A stretch of 64,000 nt of DNA. It comes from Microcoleus sp. Its GTDB lineage: Bacteria > Cyanobacteriota > Cyanobacteriia > Cyanobacteriales > Microcoleaceae. The stretch is taken from positions 864,001 through 928,000 of the forward strand of contig JAYFMW010000006.1 of NCBI GenBank assembly GCA_042408215.1, written 5' to 3'. Shown in pieces: positions 21,043 to 31,539 of the stretch; the first letter of the stretch is position 1, and each line of letters starts with the position of its first letter. The notes under the pieces are model-generated. The model was not told the origin of the DNA. It searched no databases and was given only the letters and a program-made list of their open reading frames with translations. The position numbers and the translations under genes were made by a program.

Positions 21043-23331
21043 ATGTCGATCGACCCTCCCGAAAAAATCTCAAATCTTAACTCTCAAATTAAATATATGT
21101 CCTCTGGTAACACTAGTCCATACCAAAGCCGACTATTAAATTTTATATCCAGACAGTCTCGCCAAGTCACCGATCGGTGCGATCGAACTTGGCGAAAAGT
21201 GAGATTGACTACGCTCAACGCAACGCAAATTCTGCTTTACCCAGTTTACCTGATCGTGCAAAGTTCGCGGATGCTGGGCAGACAACTGCGAGAATCAACC
21301 AAAAAAGTAGATTTACCGGAATTGCAAGAATTTGTCGGGGAGGAAAATCCCAATTTGTCGGAAAATTGGTTAGAGATGGAGGTAGAGGGGGAAAGTGCGA
21401 TCGACGAAATTCTGCACATAGCCGAAAATTTGTTGTTACCATCACAAATCTCGACAGTTACCGAAAGCTTTTCGTTTTTAATCAATCCACCAAAACCGAC
21501 TGCAAAAGTTGCTGCTGATATTCAGTTACAGCCGGAAATACAATTGAGCGGAAAAATCACAAAAGCACAAAAAATCACAGGCGAGATGACAGCGCCACAG
21601 AGTCAAGAAAAAAGTGCAAATTTATCACAAAAAATCACAGGCGAGACGCCAGTGTCACAGAGTCAAGAAAAAGATGCAAATTTATCACTGTTCAAAAATG
21701 CTTCAGCCTTAGAAACTCAATTAAGCGATGCCGCCGAAATTGCCAATAAATCGCAAGTTCGAGGAATCGCTACTTTTATACCAGCCCGCACTTTAGTGTT
21801 AGTCGGAACTTCCAATCAAATATTAGATATCTTAACTCCTGAACAACAGCAACTTCTCGAAGGGCGAATAATTTGGGAAGTCGCCAACTCCGGGCCACAA
21901 CGGCGGGAAATTGCCGAAAAAGAGTTAAAATTTAATCTGGGTTTAGAGTCGGCTGCGCGAACATCTCAACTTCCGCCGGTTCGCGGTTTTTGGCAACTGA
22001 TGACTTGGGTACAAAGTAGCCCGGTTGCGGTGAAAAGAAATCAGTTTGGAGAATCAATCTTTGCGGTCAAAAAAGCAATTAATGCTAGTGTTAATGACAA
22101 TTTAATCTTAGCTCAAAAAGCCAGGGATCAAATAGCAGGATTAAAAGTCGATCGACAAGCAATTGCCGCAGCGAATTCGATGGACCAAAATACCTTAGAA
22201 TTAGAAACAAGTTTTAATGGTAAGTTCGATCGAGCTGCGAATATTCTATCCTTTGTCACATTAGTCGATCGCGCCGCAGCCAACCTCGAAGAATTCCGCT
22301 TGCCGCCAGTATCAAAAATCACCGCTGCCTTAACAGAAAATCAGCCGGCAAAAATACTTGATCCAGCCAGCTCCCACAGGAATTTAGGCCCTTCCGCCCG
22401 CGAAATCCTCGAAAAATACGCTCGAAACATAGAAGAAATGATTTGGTCATCAGTAGACCAGCTCCTAGGCAAAGAAACAGCAGCCAGTGATAATACAGAG
22501 AAAGCCGTAGCAATTCAGTATTATTTAGAACAACAAAATAATAAAAATACGGAGAAGGTGGAGAGCGATCGACCTTGGCTGAATTGGCAAGACTTATTTG
22601 GGGAGCCAGCACCAGCACCTGTAGGGGCGGTGTCCCTGGACTCGCCCTCCCCAGCCCAAGGGGCGGTGTCCCCTGGGCCGCCAGCACCAGCACCAATTGT
22701 AGGGGCGGTGCCCCCGTGCCCGCCCTCCCCAGCCCAAGGAGCGGTGCCCCCGTGCCCGCCCTCCCCAGCCCAAGAGCATAGATCGCAACTCAGCACAAAA
22801 GTCAACCATGAGAGCAAAGAAATAGAAACATTGCCCGAAGGTCGATCGGTCAACCTCCGCACCTCTCCTTACCCGGAAGCAATTCAAGCCCTGGTCGCGC
22901 AGCTAAAACGAAGCTTGCTCACAAAAGTGAAAAAAAGTCAACCCCAAAAAGGCTCAGATTTAACAATTACTCAAAAAAAGAGCTCCGTAGTCGCAGCCAC
23001 AGGAACTCAACAGCAAAAACCAACAGCCCCGAACAACGCACAAATCAGCCAGTCTCCAGCAGTCACAACCGTGGAAACCAGCAGATTCGTAGCCACCAGC
23101 ACCACTGCTGTGGCCCGGGAACCTCAAAATAACAGCGGGGACACCAAACAGGAGGGCGACTACTTAGAAACAAAAGCAGTATCAGTGGGATACATTAAGC
23201 ACCCGCTAGAACAAGTGCTCGAATGGCTGGATCAAATCATGCTGCGCCTAGAAACAATCGCGGTGGAAATCTGGGAATCGGCAAAAATCAACTTGCCAAA
23301 AATCAAGAACAGCAAAGATAAAATTGACTAA
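21043..23331 (+). CDS. Hypothetical cyanobacterial protein with repeat-derived low-complexity inserts
   Basis: 762-aa ORF; N-terminal YQSRLLNF and C-terminal GYIKHPLEQVLEWLDQIM blocks look conserved; start may be 21097. Confidence 0.7.
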   Translation: MSIDPPEKISNLNSQIKYMSSGNTSPYQSRLLNFISRQSRQVTDRCDRTWRKVRLTTLNATQILLYPVYLIVQSSRMLGRQLRESTKKVDLPELQEFVGEENPNLSENWLEMEVEGESAIDEILHIAENLLLPSQISTVTESFSFLINPPKPTAKVAADIQLQPEIQLSGKITKAQKITGEMTAPQSQEKSANLSQKITGETPVSQSQEKDANLSLFKNASALETQLSDAAEIANKSQVRGIATFIPARTLVLVGTSNQILDILTPEQQQLLEGRIIWEVANSGPQRREIAEKELKFNLGLESAARTSQLPPVRGFWQLMTWVQSSPVAVKRNQFGESIFAVKKAINASVNDNLILAQKARDQIAGLKVDRQAIAAANSMDQNTLELETSFNGKFDRAANILSFVTLVDRAAANLEEFRLPPVSKITAALTENQPAKILDPASSHRNLGPSAREILEKYARNIEEMIWSSVDQLLGKETAASDNTEKAVAIQYYLEQQNNKNTEKVESDRPWLNWQDLFGEPAPAPVGAVSLDSPSPAQGAVSPGPPAPAPIVGAVPPCPPSPAQGAVPPCPPSPAQEHRSQLSTKVNHESKEIETLPEGRSVNLRTSPYPEAIQALVAQLKRSLLTKVKKSQPQKGSDLTITQKKSSVVAATGTQQQKPTAPNNAQISQSPAVTTVETSRFVATSTTAVAREPQNNSGDTKQEGDYLETKAVSVGYIKHPLEQVLEWLDQIMLRLETIAVEIWESAKINLPKIKNSKDKID

Positions 23332-23412
23332 TCTTTCGCATATGATAAAAAAGTTACTGCAACAGCAGCAGCAAGTCAACTCAGCATTATCGTATTCTTG
23401 GAGACTCCCACA

Positions 23413-23529
23413 GTGCTAACCCTCAAAATCGTAGTTAATGTAGTTGTCCTATTCTTTGCTTCCCTGTTCATATTTGGATTTTTGTCCAATGACCCGGCCC
23501 GGAACCCCAACCGCAGAGACATGGAGTAA
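23413..23529 (+). CDS. psbI: Photosystem II reaction centre protein I (absent from ORF track)
   Basis: GTG start after [42 protein letters not shown]. Confidence 0.97.
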   Translation: MLTLKIVVNVVVLFFASLFIFGFLSNDPARNPNRRDME

Positions 23530-23938
23530 ACGGGTAATCTCACCCGCATTGTAGGGGCGCGCCGCAGCCCCTACCGCAGATGACCCACTTCCCAAAAATA
23601 TCTAGAAAAAACTTGACCTCGCCCGCAAGCGAGGTTAGTTTATGTCGAAGGTAAGTTCTGAAAACAGCCATCTTCCGGCCCGCTATCGGCGACCATTGCA
23701 AATTTTGGATGTTGGATTAATATTTAAAGGCTTGCTTTGTAAATGCAAAAATTTAGATGCAAAAATTTTTAAGGATTTGTCTGGCAAAAATTAATTCCCA
23801 CAGAACCAAGGAACCGGCAATCTAAGAATTCAACCAAAATCCACAGACCAGCAAAAAGCATTCACCAGCATTTTTAATTTCTTCAATCTAAAATCTAAAA
23901 TCTAAAATCTAAAATCGGTTGACTCACATTTTGTAATT

Positions 23939-26473
23939 ATGTCCTATCCGGTACCGCCACCCGAACCCTCTGCCATCATCTACATCGCCCAGCCCAAAAA
24001 AGTCGCCCTGGTTGTCGCGCTTAGTAATGGAGATACCCGCAACAACTCCGCAGAAATACCGGAATCAACTCCAGCTATCGTTCAGTCAGAACCAACGCCA
24101 GCCCCGGAACCCACACCCTCAGCCCTACTCCTGGGCCCAACCGTAGAAGCCGGTCAATCTTCAGAAATCATAGACCCCGTAGCAGCAGTGGAAAGTGGCG
24201 CTGCTACAGTGGGATTTCAAAATCGAGGCTTAGTTAGAGAACCCGAAACCGGGGAAGCCCAAAAAGATGCTGCGTTTACTACTTACTATTTGCGGCCGGT
24301 TCCGCGTCCTATTCGTAGTTTGAATGGGGAACGAACCGCAGAGACGCCCTTGGCGCAGAGGGAAGAGGCTCGAAAGATGGAAGAGAACACAGGAGGGGAG
24401 TTACAGGATAATTCTCCCCAACAGCAGGAGATTCCTGTTCCTGATGTTACTCCAGCACCGCCTCCTAGTGGGTCGCAGCAGTTCGAGATTCCGGCTCCCG
24501 GAACGGCCCCAGCACCGAAGCCTGCGCCTAAACCAAGCCCCAAACCAAGCCCCAAACCAGCTCAGCCGGGACAGCGGACTTCGCCGTCCCAGCGGACGGT
24601 ACCTTTTCCAGTGATCCCGGCAGATACTATTGAAGTTAAGGCTGACAGCCAGGAGTTTGATGACAAGCAGCAAATTGTCACGGCAACTGGTAATGTGGTG
24701 GTGCGGTTCCGGCAGACGGTGATTGATGCCGATCGGGCGATCGTCAATTTAGTCACCCGCCAAGTGGTAGCATCCGGTAAAGTCGCCTATACTCGCGGTC
24801 AACAAGTAGTGCGCGGTGAGCGGATGGTGTTCAATCTCGGCTTGAATGCTGGGGAGGTTGAACAAGCCAGGGGTGAAATTTTCCTGCCCGCCGCCAGTAC
24901 CGATTTCACGCCGACACTACCGACAGATATTAGTGCAGGGACGATTCTTGACCAGCCGCTAAGCGACAGGATTACCAGCCAGCAGCCGGTACGGGGGGTA
25001 AAATCTTCTGGTGCAGCATCAGTGACTATCGGTGGTGGTGGTGGCGGTGGCCAATTAACCGCCCCTCAAGTTATCGGCGCTGTCAACCGCGTCCGCTTTG
25101 AAGCAGAACGCCTCGAAATTCGACCCGATGGGGTTCGGGTAGCAACCAATATTCGGATTACTAACGACCCGTTTTCCCCGCCAGAACTGGAATACAGGGC
25201 CAAGACGGCGACGATTACAAAGATTTCGCCTACGGCTGAGGAACTGGTGACAACTAAACCTCGTTTGGTGTTTGACAACCGGCTGAAAATACCTGTGTAT
25301 CCCCGCAGGCAAGTGTTTGATAGCCAGCGTAATAACGGCCCGTGCTTGACTTTTGGGTTCGATGGGGGCGATCGGGGTGGTTTGTTCGCTGAGTGTGCCT
25401 TTGAGGTACTGCAAAATGGGCCGGTACGCCTGAGCTTAACTCCTCAGTTTTATATTCAGCGGGCGATCGAAAAACACGGCGGCAATCCGTTGTTTATGGA
25501 CAACTACGGGCTGAAAGCGAGGTTGGCTGCGACGCTGGGCCAAGGTACCAGACTGGACGGATCGGCGATCTTTCTGAATTTTGACAATTTCCCGAATTTG
25601 GCTGAAAACGACTTTCGGGGGAATTTGCGACTGCGACAGTCGATCGGCACTCATACTCTGGCTGGGGAATATAGCTACCGCGATCGGCTGTTTAACGGTT
25701 CTCTGGGCTATCAAACCGTCCAAAGTAGCCTCGGTGCCGTCCTCTCTTCCCCGGTAGTTCCCCTGGGAAGGTCAGGTATCAATCTCAGCTATCAAGCCGG
25801 TTATCAATTGATCAATGCTGATACCGATAGACTAGATTTGCTAGCACCAGTGCGGGAAAACAACCGCATCGACATCGGCCGCTTGCAAGTCAGCGCCGCC
25901 TTAAGTCGTGGCTTTAACCTGTGGGAGGGTAAAGGACTACCGCGCACTCCGACGCAGGGTTTGAAATACACGCGGAACCCGGTGATTCCTTTCGTGAAAT
26001 TGGCTTTGGGAGTTAGGGGCGTTGGCAGTTATTACAGTAGTGGCGACAGCCAAAATTCGATCGCCAGCAGTGTCGGCGTTGAAGGGCAATTCGGTCATTT
26101 TTCCCGCCCTTTCCTCGACTACACTGGGTTTAACGTGACTTACACCCAGGTAGGGCGGGACGGTATATCGCCGTATTTGTTCGATCGCTTGGTAGATTTG
26201 AGAGTCTTGTCTTTTGGACTTGTGCAGCAAGTTTACGGACCATTTCGAGTCGGATTTCAGAGTGCGATTAATTTAGAAAGCGGGCAAGCAATCAGCACAA
26301 ATTACACTTTGGAATACAGCCGCCGCAGCTACGCACTTATTTTACGTTTTAATCCAGAGCGTCAAGTCGGCAGCCTGACTTTTAGGATTAGTGACTTCAA
26401 CTGGAATGGCACTCCCGAACCTTTTTCAGGAGACGTGCGAACTGTAGAAGGAGGGGTGCGCCGATCGGATTAA
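23939..26473 (+). CDS. DUF3769 / LptD(OstA)-like outer-membrane protein
   Basis: MSYPVPPPEP start, OstA-like IEVKADSQEFD...VTATGNVVVRF, RITNDPFSPPELE, C-terminal beta-rich FRISDFNW. Confidence 0.8.
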   Translation: MSYPVPPPEPSAIIYIAQPKKVALVVALSNGDTRNNSAEIPESTPAIVQSEPTPAPEPTPSALLLGPTVEAGQSSEIIDPVAAVESGAATVGFQNRGLVREPETGEAQKDAAFTTYYLRPVPRPIRSLNGERTAETPLAQREEARKMEENTGGELQDNSPQQQEIPVPDVTPAPPPSGSQQFEIPAPGTAPAPKPAPKPSPKPSPKPAQPGQRTSPSQRTVPFPVIPADTIEVKADSQEFDDKQQIVTATGNVVVRFRQTVIDADRAIVNLVTRQVVASGKVAYTRGQQVVRGERMVFNLGLNAGEVEQARGEIFLPAASTDFTPTLPTDISAGTILDQPLSDRITSQQPVRGVKSSGAASVTIGGGGGGGQLTAPQVIGAVNRVRFEAERLEIRPDGVRVATNIRITNDPFSPPELEYRAKTATITKISPTAEELVTTKPRLVFDNRLKIPVYPRRQVFDSQRNNGPCLTFGFDGGDRGGLFAECAFEVLQNGPVRLSLTPQFYIQRAIEKHGGNPLFMDNYGLKARLAATLGQGTRLDGSAIFLNFDNFPNLAENDFRGNLRLRQSIGTHTLAGEYSYRDRLFNGSLGYQTVQSSLGAVLSSPVVPLGRSGINLSYQAGYQLINADTDRLDLLAPVRENNRIDIGRLQVSAALSRGFNLWEGKGLPRTPTQGLKYTRNPVIPFVKLALGVRGVGSYYSSGDSQNSIASSVGVEGQFGHFSRPFLDYTGFNVTYTQVGRDGISPYLFDRLVDLRVLSFGLVQQVYGPFRVGFQSAINLESGQAISTNYTLEYSRRSYALILRFNPERQVGSLTFRISDFNWNGTPEPFSGDVRTVEGGVRRSD

Positions 26474-26480
26474 TTCAATT

Positions 26481-26891
26481 TGGTAATGGGTAATGGGTAA
26501 TGGGTCATCGGTCATCGGTCATCGGTAATGGGTAATGGGTCATCGGTAATGGGTCATCGGTAATGGGTCATCGGTAATGGGTAATGGGTAATGGGTCATC
26601 GGTAATGGGTCATCGGTAATGGGTAATGGGTAATGGGTAATGGGTAATGGGTCATGGGTAATGGGTCATCGGTCATCGGTCATCGGTCATCGGTCATCGG
26701 TCATCGGTAATGGGTCATCGGTCATCGGTAATGGGTCATCGGTAATGGGTCATCGGTAATGGGTTATTGGCACCAACAAATAACAAATAACCCATAACAA
26801 ATAACAAATAACCCATAACAAATAACAAATAACAAATAACAAATAACCCATAACAAATAACAAATAACCAATAACAAATAACAAATAACCC
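26481..26891. repeat. STRR heptamer arrays (GGTAATG/GGTCATC)n followed by (AACAAAT)n
   Basis: Direct reading. Confidence 0.95.
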
Positions 26892-27563
26892 ATGACAGAA
26901 GTGACAGCAATATCTGCACAAGCAGCGGCTCTGCTGCTTCACTACGGTTTTGACCTAGGTGGCTACAAATCCGAGAAATTGGTGATGGAATGGCTGACCA
27001 AATATCCCCACCAATGGCTGCGTTTAGCAGTGGTTGAAGCGCTATATCAAGGTCGCTACAAAGCTGTTTCTGTGGAACAAATATTGAGTATGTGGCAGCG
27101 GCTGGGTCAACCTCTTTATCATTTTAATGGCGAGTTTGAACGTTTGGTTTGCAACAATTTTCCTCAAGATTTAACGGTTGAAAGTGATGCTAAACAGGTG
27201 CCGGAAAAGATATTTTTGCCGACGGCTGCATCGGATGTCGGTGTCCCAGAACTAGATTTGTTGCCGCCGCCAGAGCCTGAGTGCGATCGGGTGCAACATC
27301 CAGAATTCCCAGAGCTCAAGACTCAGGAAATAGAAGCATCATCCGCAGTCAATCGCACGGGGGAAACTGCGGAAGTTGTGATTTATGAAGAAGATTTGGC
27401 AGTGACTGCGGTGGCAGACCAAGCCGAAGCCGATCGGGAATTTGCCGAAAAATCGGTGGCAAAAATAGCCCCAATTGTCAAACACACCGATTTTCACTCC
27501 AAATTAACAGCCATTGCCCGAGAAGGCAAAAGGAAGAAGGGAGAAAGAAGAAAGAAGTTGTGA
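26892..27563 (+). CDS. Conserved cyanobacterial hypothetical protein
   Basis: [11 protein letters not shown]...[42 protein letters not shown]. Confidence 0.75.
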   Translation: MTEVTAISAQAAALLLHYGFDLGGYKSEKLVMEWLTKYPHQWLRLAVVEALYQGRYKAVSVEQILSMWQRLGQPLYHFNGEFERLVCNNFPQDLTVESDAKQVPEKIFLPTAASDVGVPELDLLPPPEPECDRVQHPEFPELKTQEIEASSAVNRTGETAEVVIYEEDLAVTAVADQAEADREFAEKSVAKIAPIVKHTDFHSKLTAIAREGKRKKGERRKKL

Positions 27564-27567
27564 ATTT

Positions 27568-27715
27568 TGGGAATTGGGAATTGGGAATTGGGAATTGGGA
27601 ATTGGGAATTGGGCATTGGGAATTGGGAATTGGGAATTGGGCATTGGGAATTGGGCATTGGGCATTGGGAATTGGGAATTGGGAATTGGGAATTGGGCAT
27701 TGGGCATTGGGCATG
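27568..27715. repeat. STRR heptamer array (GGGAATT/GGGCATT)n
   Basis: Direct reading. Confidence 0.95.
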
Positions 27716-27748
27716 GGTCATCGGTAATTGTTTGTAACTGTTAATAAC

Positions 27749-28176
27749 TCCTTCCTTCTTCCTTCTTCCTTCTTCCTTCTTCCTTCTTCCTTCTATCCGT
27801 TACATCCGTTAAATCCGTTACAGAATCCGTTGCCGAACTTCCTTCTTCCTTCTTCCTTCTTCCTTCTATCCGTTACATCCGTTAAATCCGTTACAGAATC
27901 CGTTGCCGAACTTCCTTCTTCCTTCTTCCTTCTTCCTTCTATCCGTTACATCCGTTAAATCCGTTACAGAATCCGTTGCCGAACTTCCTTCTTCCTTCTA
28001 TCCGTTACATCCGTTAAATCCGTTACAGAATCCGTTGCCGAACTTCCTTCTTCCTTCTATCCGTTACATCCGTTAAATCGGTTACAGAATCCGTTGCCGA
28101 ACTTCCTTCTTCCTTCTATCCGTTACATCCGTTAAATCGGTTACAGAATCCGTTGCCGAACTTCCTTCTTCCTTCT
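27749..28176. repeat. Compound tandem array: six ATCCGTTACATCCGTTAAATCCGTTACAGAATCCGTTGCCGAA cores separated by (CTTCCTT)n
   Basis: gccgaac at 27832, 27905, 27978, 28037, 28096, 28155 (periods 73, 73, 59, 59, 59). Confidence 0.9.
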
Positions 28177-28193
28177 GACTGCGGCTGTAACTG

Positions 28194-28706
28194 TTAATTT
28201 TTCGCAGTTACTCCCATGCGAATTTCCGAACAAAAAGATGCTTGAGACCTACCGTTTGCTTGCTTGACAACGCTGGTACGCAGTCGGAGGTTTGGTATCA
28301 GATACCACAGCCTTTCTTCAGCATGGATGGTTTCGGATTCTGTAATCAATGTCAGCACATCATCTGCGCCCATCACATAGCTGCTGGTGTTTTTATCTTG
28401 GAGGACTTGGCCTTCGCTGGGGTTGTCGGGATTGGGTACGATCGCTAATATTGTAGAACCGACTTGTTTGCTACTGGTGCGATCGGGAACACCATCCCAA
28501 GTCACCCGCAGGCTAGTTAGCCCAGTGGAAGCAGGATTAATCGAGTGCTGTTGGCAAAGTTTGACGACTGCTGGATCAGTCGCTGTCAGTATTTCTATTT
28601 TTAGGTCAGATTTGCCTACCTGCAATTCCCCTGAATGTAGATTGTGTACGGTGCGCTGGGAAAACCATTGGCCTGCACTTAACTCGAAAAACTCGATCGC
28701 GTCCAT
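28194..28706 (-). CDS. CpcS/CpeS-family phycobiliprotein lyase-like protein
   Basis: MDAIEFFELSAGQWFSQRTVH, AEERLWY..PNLRLRTS, ASFCSEIRMG. Confidence 0.88.
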   Translation of the reverse strand: MDAIEFFELSAGQWFSQRTVHNLHSGELQVGKSDLKIEILTATDPAVVKLCQQHSINPASTGLTSLRVTWDGVPDRTSSKQVGSTILAIVPNPDNPSEGQVLQDKNTSSYVMGADDVLTLITESETIHAEERLWYLIPNLRLRTSVVKQANGRSQASFCSEIRMGVTAKN

Positions 28707-29090
28707 GAATTTTGTCTCTGAACTTAATACTTATCTATGTTGTATATTTTAAAGGAAGGGGGCGCGCCTGCAAAGCTTTCCGGGAGTTCTGAGTTAAGCA
28801 GATTCTCAGTTGGGTGGAGGTACGAAATCCCAGCCAGTTAAATTATAAATCAAAAAAGAGCATTTTAAGATTTTAATTTTTAATTTTTAATTGTTGTGTC
28901 TGATGTCACTTGATGAATTTTCCAAACACTTGCTGTCTCAATCATAGCAGCTCAGTGTTGCCACTCCGGGCGATGGTAGCAAATAGCCCTTAAATATGTC
29001 ATGCTAAGATCAGATAAAAGTTGATCGATCGGGTTTTCAGCCAGGTGCAGCTAGCGATCGCATACATTTGAGAAAGAAATCCACAAATTT

Positions 29091-31328
29091 ATGAGCGAGT
29101 TTACACAAGATTTAGATCAGATGCTGCCAGGAGAACAAACACACTGTCTGGGAATCGGGCCAAGTCAGTTAGCAGCAAATTCAGACACAGAAAAATTCTA
29201 CAGCTTGCTAACAGATTATAATTTTATCGAAGCTAAGCTGTCAGAATCGGGAGTACAGCCACTAATAGAAGATTACGATTTAGCAACAAATCCCGATCTT
29301 TTAACCTCAGACGAAAAAGCAGACACCCTCAAATTAATCCAAGAAGCAATTCGGCTTTCCGCTCACATTATAGCCCAAGACAAAACCCAACTAGCAGCCC
29401 AACTAATTGCCCGCTTGATGAGCTTTGAAAATACCGAAATTCAAGCACTGCTAGAACAAGCAAAACGCCAGAAAAAACCCTGGCTGCGACCGCTAACACC
29501 CAGCTTTACCCCTCCTGGAGGGAGATTAATGCGTACTCTGACCGGACATACAGATTGGGTACAAGGTGTAGCAATAACTCCCGATGGCAAGCGGGCAATT
29601 TCTGCTTCTTCCGACCACACTTTAAAAGTTTGGCACTTAGAAACAGGAGCAGAAATTTTCAGCCTCCAAGGTCATATTACCTATGTCAATGCTGTCGCAG
29701 TAACACCAGACGGCACTAAAGCAATTTCCGGTTCTTGGGACAATACGATTAAAATATGGGATCTAGAAACTGGAACAGAACTCTTTACCTTTGTCGGCGA
29801 TACATTTGCCGTAGAAGCTGTAGCAGTAACTCCCGACGGGAAGCGAGTAATTTCCGGTTCCTGGGACGGCAGTATTAAAGTTTGGGATTTGTCAACAGGG
29901 GCAGTAATTTTTAATCTCAAAGGTCATGGGAGTTTTGTGCAGTCAGTAGCAGTAACTCCTGACAGCAAACGATTAATTTCCGGGTCGGGCGACAACAGCA
30001 TCAAAGTCTGGAGTTTAGAAACTGGAACAGAACTTTTTACTCTGACCGGTCATGGAGATTGGGTAAAAGCTGTGGTAGTTACTCCCGACGGCGAAAAAAT
30101 AATTTCCGGCAGTTACGACGGAACTGTTAAAGTCTGGAGTTTGTCAGAGAGAAAGCAACTTTTCACATTAGGAAATCACGACATTTTCGTTCAAGCCGTG
30201 GCAGTTACTCCTGACGGGAAGCGGGTAATTTCTGCTTCCGGCGACAAAACGCTGAAAGTTTGGAGTCTGGAAACAAAAGCAGAACTTTTCACTTTGACCA
30301 ATCATATTGCCCCGGTGAATGCTGTGGCGGTGACTGCGGACGGAAAGCGGATAGTTTCTGGTTCCTCAGACAAAACGCTCAAAGTTTGGCACTTAGAAAC
30401 AGGAAAAGAAAATTTATCATTTGCAGGCCATGATGACTGTGTAAATGCTTTAGCGGTGACTGCGGACGGTACTAAAGTGATTTCCGGTTCAGGGGACAAC
30501 AGCATTAAAGTCTGGAATCTAGAAACACAAGCAGAAATTTTCACGATTACTGGTCATCAAGATTGGGTAAAAGCGATCGCAACAACAGCAGATAGCCAGC
30601 GAGTAATTTCGGGTGCCGGCGACAAAACTGTTAAAGTTTGGAATCTGGAAACAGGAGAGGAAATTTTTACTTTCACTGGTCATGCAGACTGGGTTAATTC
30701 TGTTGCCGTTACTCCAGACGGAAGGATGGCGATTTCTGGTTCTGGAGACAAAACTATTAAAGTTTGGAGTTTGGAAACAGGAGAGGAACTTTTTACTTTT
30801 ACAGGTCACACCGACGGGATAAAAGCTGTTGCAGTTACTCCTGACGGCAAGGGGGTAATTTCTGCTTCCGGCGACAAAACTCTCAAAGTTTGGAGTTTGG
30901 GTCAAGAACAGAATATTTTTGCTGATTTGTGGAATTTAGCAGTAAAAAATCTACTTTTCACTCTCAAAGGTCATGAGAGTTTTGTGAATGCTGTAGCAGT
31001 TACAGAAGATGGAAAATTTGCAATTTCTGGCGGGGGAGAAACAACTTTGAAAGTGTGGAATTTGCCAAGTAGAAAGGAAGCATTTACTCTGGCTGGTCAT
31101 GCCGATACGATAACAGCCGTCGCGACGATGGGAACCAGGGCAATTTCTGTTTCGGACGACAATACTCTCAAAGTTTGGGATTTGTTAAGTCGAGAAGTAA
31201 TTGCTAGTTTCAGAGGAGATAGTGCGTTGAAATCTTGTGCAGTTGCACCCGATGGGGTGACAATTGTGGCAGCGGAAGCTTCGGGACAGGTGCATTTTTT
31301 GAGGTTAGAAGTAGTCAGTAGTCAGTAG
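29091..31328 (+). CDS. WD40-repeat protein with N-terminal APAF-1-like helical domain
   Basis: About 14 GH...VAVTPDG...ISGSxDxTxKVW repeats; N-terminal LLTDYNFIEAKL...LIEDYD. Confidence 0.9.
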   Translation: MSEFTQDLDQMLPGEQTHCLGIGPSQLAANSDTEKFYSLLTDYNFIEAKLSESGVQPLIEDYDLATNPDLLTSDEKADTLKLIQEAIRLSAHIIAQDKTQLAAQLIARLMSFENTEIQALLEQAKRQKKPWLRPLTPSFTPPGGRLMRTLTGHTDWVQGVAITPDGKRAISASSDHTLKVWHLETGAEIFSLQGHITYVNAVAVTPDGTKAISGSWDNTIKIWDLETGTELFTFVGDTFAVEAVAVTPDGKRVISGSWDGSIKVWDLSTGAVIFNLKGHGSFVQSVAVTPDSKRLISGSGDNSIKVWSLETGTELFTLTGHGDWVKAVVVTPDGEKIISGSYDGTVKVWSLSERKQLFTLGNHDIFVQAVAVTPDGKRVISASGDKTLKVWSLETKAELFTLTNHIAPVNAVAVTADGKRIVSGSSDKTLKVWHLETGKENLSFAGHDDCVNALAVTADGTKVISGSGDNSIKVWNLETQAEIFTITGHQDWVKAIATTADSQRVISGAGDKTVKVWNLETGEEIFTFTGHADWVNSVAVTPDGRMAISGSGDKTIKVWSLETGEELFTFTGHTDGIKAVAVTPDGKGVISASGDKTLKVWSLGQEQNIFADLWNLAVKNLLFTLKGHESFVNAVAVTEDGKFAISGGGETTLKVWNLPSRKEAFTLAGHADTITAVATMGTRAISVSDDNTLKVWDLLSREVIASFRGDSALKSCAVAPDGVTIVAAEASGQVHFLRLEVVSSQ

Positions 31329-31367
31329 TCAGTAGTCATTAGTCATTAGTTATTAGTCATTAGTCAG

Positions 31368-31516
31368 TAGTAAGGTGCGTCGCCCGCAACAATCTGCAAG
31401 TTCCATCGAATATCTGACAGCGACGCACCCTACAAATTAGCTATAGTAAGGTGCGTCGCCCGCAACAATCTGCAAGTTCCATCGAATATCTGACAGCGGC
31501 GCACCCTACAAATTAG
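31368..31516. repeat. 76-bp tandem duplication of a REP-like doublet (GTAAGGTGCGTC...GACGCACCCTAC)
   Basis: Copies at 31371 and 31447, preceded by STRR heptamers. Confidence 0.85.
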
Positions 31517-31539
31517 GTGGCGATGTCCACCCTACCAAA

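Noticed and set aside
27478..27958. Short ORFs [13 protein letters not shown]..., ...ELGIGNW..., ...LLPSSFF...
   Set aside because: They are translations of heptamer STRR arrays; the same applies to 26736-26942.
29091..31328. Diversity-generating retroelement target or hypervariable repeat gene
   Set aside because: No reverse transcriptase or template/variable repeat pair with adenine-specific differences was seen; the WD40 repeats are ordinarily diverged.
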